From: Stylophora pistillata
Lineage: Eukaryota
Direction of reading: 5' to 3'
DNA length: 63,412 nucleotides
Assembly (NCBI RefSeq): GCF_002571385.2
Contig: NW_019218144.1
Span: forward strand, 104,073 to 167,484
Below the pieces are notes generated by a model, which saw only the letters and a program-made list of their open reading frames with translations, was not told where the DNA came from and did not search any database. The first letter of the stretch is position 1. The number at the start of each line of letters is the position of its first letter. This document shows positions 62,401 to 63,412 of this stretch, piece by piece. Both the position numbers and the translations under genes were made by a program.

Positions 62401-63412
62401 TCGGTGTGGGAGGCGAAGAGTTCTGATTGTTGTGACGACGGGACAGTGGGTCGATAGGGTAAAGAGACCAGCCGAGGCACTTAAGGGAGCTGGTGTGGAG
62501 ATATTCACGATTGGTATTGGCAGCATCAGAAGGACCAGTCTGTTACGAGTTACAACTGACACAAAGCATGTATTTATGGTTGGGTATACACAGCTTTTGT
62601 CCATTGTAAAAACATTAAAGGACAGGATTTGTTACTCTCCTGGTAAGTTTAATTTAGGGACATGTGTCTTCACTACTGTGAAGTGACGGGACCATAGTAC
62701 TTTCTGATCACTCGTGACCTTCCTAAAAAACCCTTTTTTTCGTCTTCGGAGCAATCCGTTTTAATTAATATCTGTCCTATAACCTTTATCAAGATCAGAT
62801 CTATTTATCATCAGTAGCTGAGCTTAGTTGCCGCGTTAAATTTAACGTTCAGTGTAATTCTCGGGATGGTTATCAGCACACTAACCACAGCAATGAGACA
62901 ACAGCAATTTCTGATTACTCGTGACCTTCCTAAAAACCCTTAATTTCATCATCAGAGCAACTAACCATGCCTACCATGCATTTGATAATTATTCGTACTC
63001 TCTTTTCTTAGTTATTCGCCGTGGAGCAGTTGCAGTTTATCAGCTCACCGGCGCCTCCAAGAACCGTGACACCAGTGGATACGTCAACCCACCTGCCACA
63101 TTTGTAGGTGTTTACTACGCACGTGGCCCAGACAATCATCCACAAGGAGCCCTTTCCTTTAGAGGAACAAGAAACAGTTATGTTTTGATTCCCAATAACG
63201 GCTGTCTGGACACAAGATACTCACTTACAATTATCATGTGGGTGTATCCCGAGAGCAGTGGACCTTTGTTACATTTTAATCCAAAAGGCTGGGGTGTTCA
63301 CGTGTGGATCATAAGTCAGTTCAGACTTTTCGCTCGGTTTGTACCTCGCTCACGCAAATCTGTGACAGCTGTATACAAAAAGATAAAGCCACGCCAGTGG
63401 AACTATATACGA
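25550..63412 (+). CDS. Giant secreted Arg-rich VWA/LamG multidomain protein; 3'-incomplete, at least 46 exons, about 4,780 codons, in-frame TAA at 51338
   Basis: 5' exons 25550-25682 (signal peptide MRSSSLLRAVLFLLVASHVLT), 26700-26969, 27633-27875, 28753-28792, 28945-29432. Then domain exons (listed separately) with micro-exons 32696-32764, 33521-33550, 36084-36113, 37924-37974, 39473-39514, 40802-40828, 42187-42216, 43766-43795, 44947-44997, 47449-47496, 48918-48935, 50463-50513, 52914-52943, 54994-55014, 56869-56898, 58708-58734, 59049-59078, 60504-60548, 61678-61728. All GT-AG with consistent phase. Confidence 0.85.
27633..27875 (+). CDS. Gene 4 exon: WSC-like domain
   Basis: FKSLGCWKDTWDRAI...LMKCAEAA...FSLQNGGQCFSG...KYG.SDSC; completed by micro-exon 28753-28792 (DGEGGPWGNEVY). 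Confidence 0.85.
28945..29432 (+). CDS. Gene 4 exon: acidic P/T/E-rich linker ending CPVC
   Basis: ORF 28865-29443 trimmed to ag|g...c|gtgag; rich in E/D. Confidence 0.8.
29587..30088. mobile_element. TTAA-flanked non-autonomous DNA transposon (Kolobok-like termini)
   Basis: TTAA-ggtggttc ... gaatcacc-TTAA. Confidence 0.6.
31826..32389 (+). CDS. Gene 4 VWA domain 1
   Basis: DLAFLIDGSAS...VVVITDG...IYCLGVG; phase 1-1 exon. Confidence 0.92.
32928..33190 (+). mobile_element. tRNA-derived SINE with CORE-like middle region
   Basis: A/B-box-like head, then gtgttgttaggcaagacactttactctcacagtgcctctc...aaatggg resembling the MIR/CORE domain, and a tttac tail. Confidence 0.65.
34062..34685 (+). CDS. 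Gene 4 LamG-like domain 1
   Basis: AFYPL...GPDG...FPNKGKLD...LLAWVYP...WNYVGASYD...FRGRVSCMQVY. Confidence 0.92.
35251..35426. mobile_element. MITE with 21-bp TIR, nested in a palindromic element (about 35125-35465)
   Basis: aatagcccatttccgaattac ... gtaattcggaaatgggctatt interrupts the right arm of the host hairpin. Confidence 0.75.
36412..37041 (+). CDS. Gene 4 LamG-like domain 2
   Basis: Same motif set; phase 1-1 exon of 630 nt. Confidence 0.92.
37238..37557. mobile_element. tRNA-like-sequence-containing retroposon with terminal fold-back and 12-bp TSD, nested in a MITE (about 37056-37590)
   Basis: TSD agtagagagtat at 37226-37237 and 37558-37569; hairpin about 37236-37360; tRNA-like ggcttgttagctcaattggtagagc...ggttcgaatcccgtccaggcc at about 37416-37487. 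Confidence 0.75.
38205..38480. mobile_element. Palindromic non-autonomous repeat (hairpin 38208-38325)
   Basis: aacaattattccac ... ccaacgaggcgcgtagcgccgagttgg ... gtggaataattgtt. Confidence 0.7.
38648..39211 (+). CDS. Gene 4 VWA domain 2
   Basis: DLGLLLDGSGS...LLVVTGSRS...EIFAVGMG. Confidence 0.92.
39867..40493 (+). CDS. Gene 4 LamG-like domain 3
   Basis: Motif set conserved; phase 1-1. Confidence 0.92.
41226..41864 (+). CDS. Gene 4 LamG-like domain 4
   Basis: Motif set conserved; phase 1-1. Confidence 0.92.
42952..43518 (+). CDS. Gene 4 VWA domain 3
   Basis: DLGFLIDGSGS...RGKTYIG...MLTDG; intact MIDAS. Confidence 0.92.
43988..44623 (+). CDS. Gene 4 LamG-like domain 5
   Basis: Motif set conserved; GRLFC subtype. 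Confidence 0.92.
45116..45658 (+). CDS. Gene 4 VWA domain 4 (degenerate MIDAS, CGRRR subtype)
   Basis: DLGFLVDASRV...GRPRCGRRRVLVVLATGES. Confidence 0.92.
46277..46945 (+). CDS. Gene 4 LamG-like domain 6 (NNGCLD subtype)
   Basis: 669-nt phase 1-1 exon. Confidence 0.92.
47095..47228. mobile_element. Short MITE-like repeat with tatccagtggata palindromes; degenerate relative at about 2595-2680
   Basis: ggccccggttgt...acaacagggc ends and repeated tatccrstggata. Confidence 0.55.
48066..48635 (+). CDS. Gene 4 VWA domain 5
   Basis: DLGFLIDGSSS...RGGTYIG...VLTDG; intact MIDAS. Confidence 0.92.
49139..49774 (+). CDS. Gene 4 LamG-like domain 7
   Basis: GRVFC subtype; 636 nt, like domain 5. Confidence 0.92.
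50097..50410 (+). mobile_element. tRNA-derived SINE
   Basis: ttagcccaatggatagtgcg...gagggttcgagccccggccggacc head with A/B boxes continuing into a non-tRNA body. Confidence 0.6.
51291..51839 (+). CDS. Gene 4 VWA domain 6 (CGRRR subtype) with in-frame TAA at 51338-51340
   Basis: CRARIDLGFLIDGSR*TGSVTFQRIIEYVKETVRRF...; otherwise open, with intact splice sites. Confidence 0.85.
52121..52789 (+). CDS. Gene 4 LamG-like domain 8 (NNGCLD subtype)
   Basis: 669 nt; close paralog of domain 6. Confidence 0.92.
53456..54201 (+). CDS. Gene 4 VWA domain 7, split by a phase-2 intron (53456-53687, 53864-54201)
   Basis: DLGILIDGSRS...INRI AG|gtttgt ... ccag|A YLPRGRGSYIG...LSDG. Confidence 0.88.
55602..56231 (+). 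CDS. Gene 4 LamG-like domain 9
   Basis: Closest to domain 3 (PP.A, NYPAI.G.RPG). Confidence 0.92.
57126..57761 (+). CDS. Gene 4 LamG-like domain 10
   Basis: Closest to domains 2 and 4 (RMGA.IGD). Confidence 0.92.
59409..59972 (+). CDS. Gene 4 VWA domain 8
   Basis: DLGFLVDGSGS...RGGTRIG...LITDG; intact MIDAS. Confidence 0.92.
60845..61486 (+). CDS. Gene 4 LamG-like domain 11
   Basis: GRLFC subtype. Confidence 0.92.
62103..62642 (+). CDS. Gene 4 VWA domain 9 (CGRRR subtype)
   Basis: DLGFLIDASSS...GKPRCGRRRVLIVVTTGQW. Confidence 0.92.
63012..63412 (+). CDS. Gene 4 LamG-like domain 12 (NNGCLD subtype), truncated by the window edge
   Basis: ttag|TT ATT CGC: IRRGAVAVYQL...GPDNHPQG...IPNNGCLDTRYS...WVYP...WNY; not in the ORF track. 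Confidence 0.88.

Noticed and set aside
31826-63412. Assignment as collagen VI/XII, matrilin or laminin; or as an operon of separate ORFs
   Set aside because: No Gly-X-Y, EGF or coiled-coil seen. The ORFs lack their own signal peptides and are bounded by in-phase GT-AG sites.

Overview
Intron-rich animal genomic DNA, most likely a stony coral (inferred from the repeat families and domain content; not verifiable here), with one assembly gap at 8459-8973. Splice-site reconstruction by hand gives four genes for secreted proteins. (1) A 2-exon, 90-aa prepropeptide carrying a KR/KKKR-flanked 40-aa six-Cys peptide (1991-3587, +). (2) A minus-strand mosaic gene: signal peptide, WSC-like, TSP1, K/G-rich linker, LamG-like (10944-4170). 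(3) A single-VWA secreted protein (17831-22139, +). (4) A giant gene from 25550 running off the right edge: at least 46 exons and about 4,780 codons, encoding signal peptide, WSC-like domain, acidic linker, then 9 VWA and at least 12 LamG/ConA-like domains, all very Arg-rich, joined by Pro/Thr micro-exons in phase 1. Genes 2 and 3 are paralogous to sub-modules of gene 4, so the three form a cluster. Gene 4 has higher-order repeats (V-L-L and V-L-V-L), alternating intact and degenerate MIDAS sites, co-occurring extra Cys in abutting VWA/LamG pairs, and an in-frame TAA in the sixth VWA exon. Three tRNA genes (2 Lys-TTT in an inverted duplication, 1 Asp-GTC), LINE relics, SINEs, MITEs and minimal hammerhead-ribozyme repeats fill the introns and intergenic DNA.
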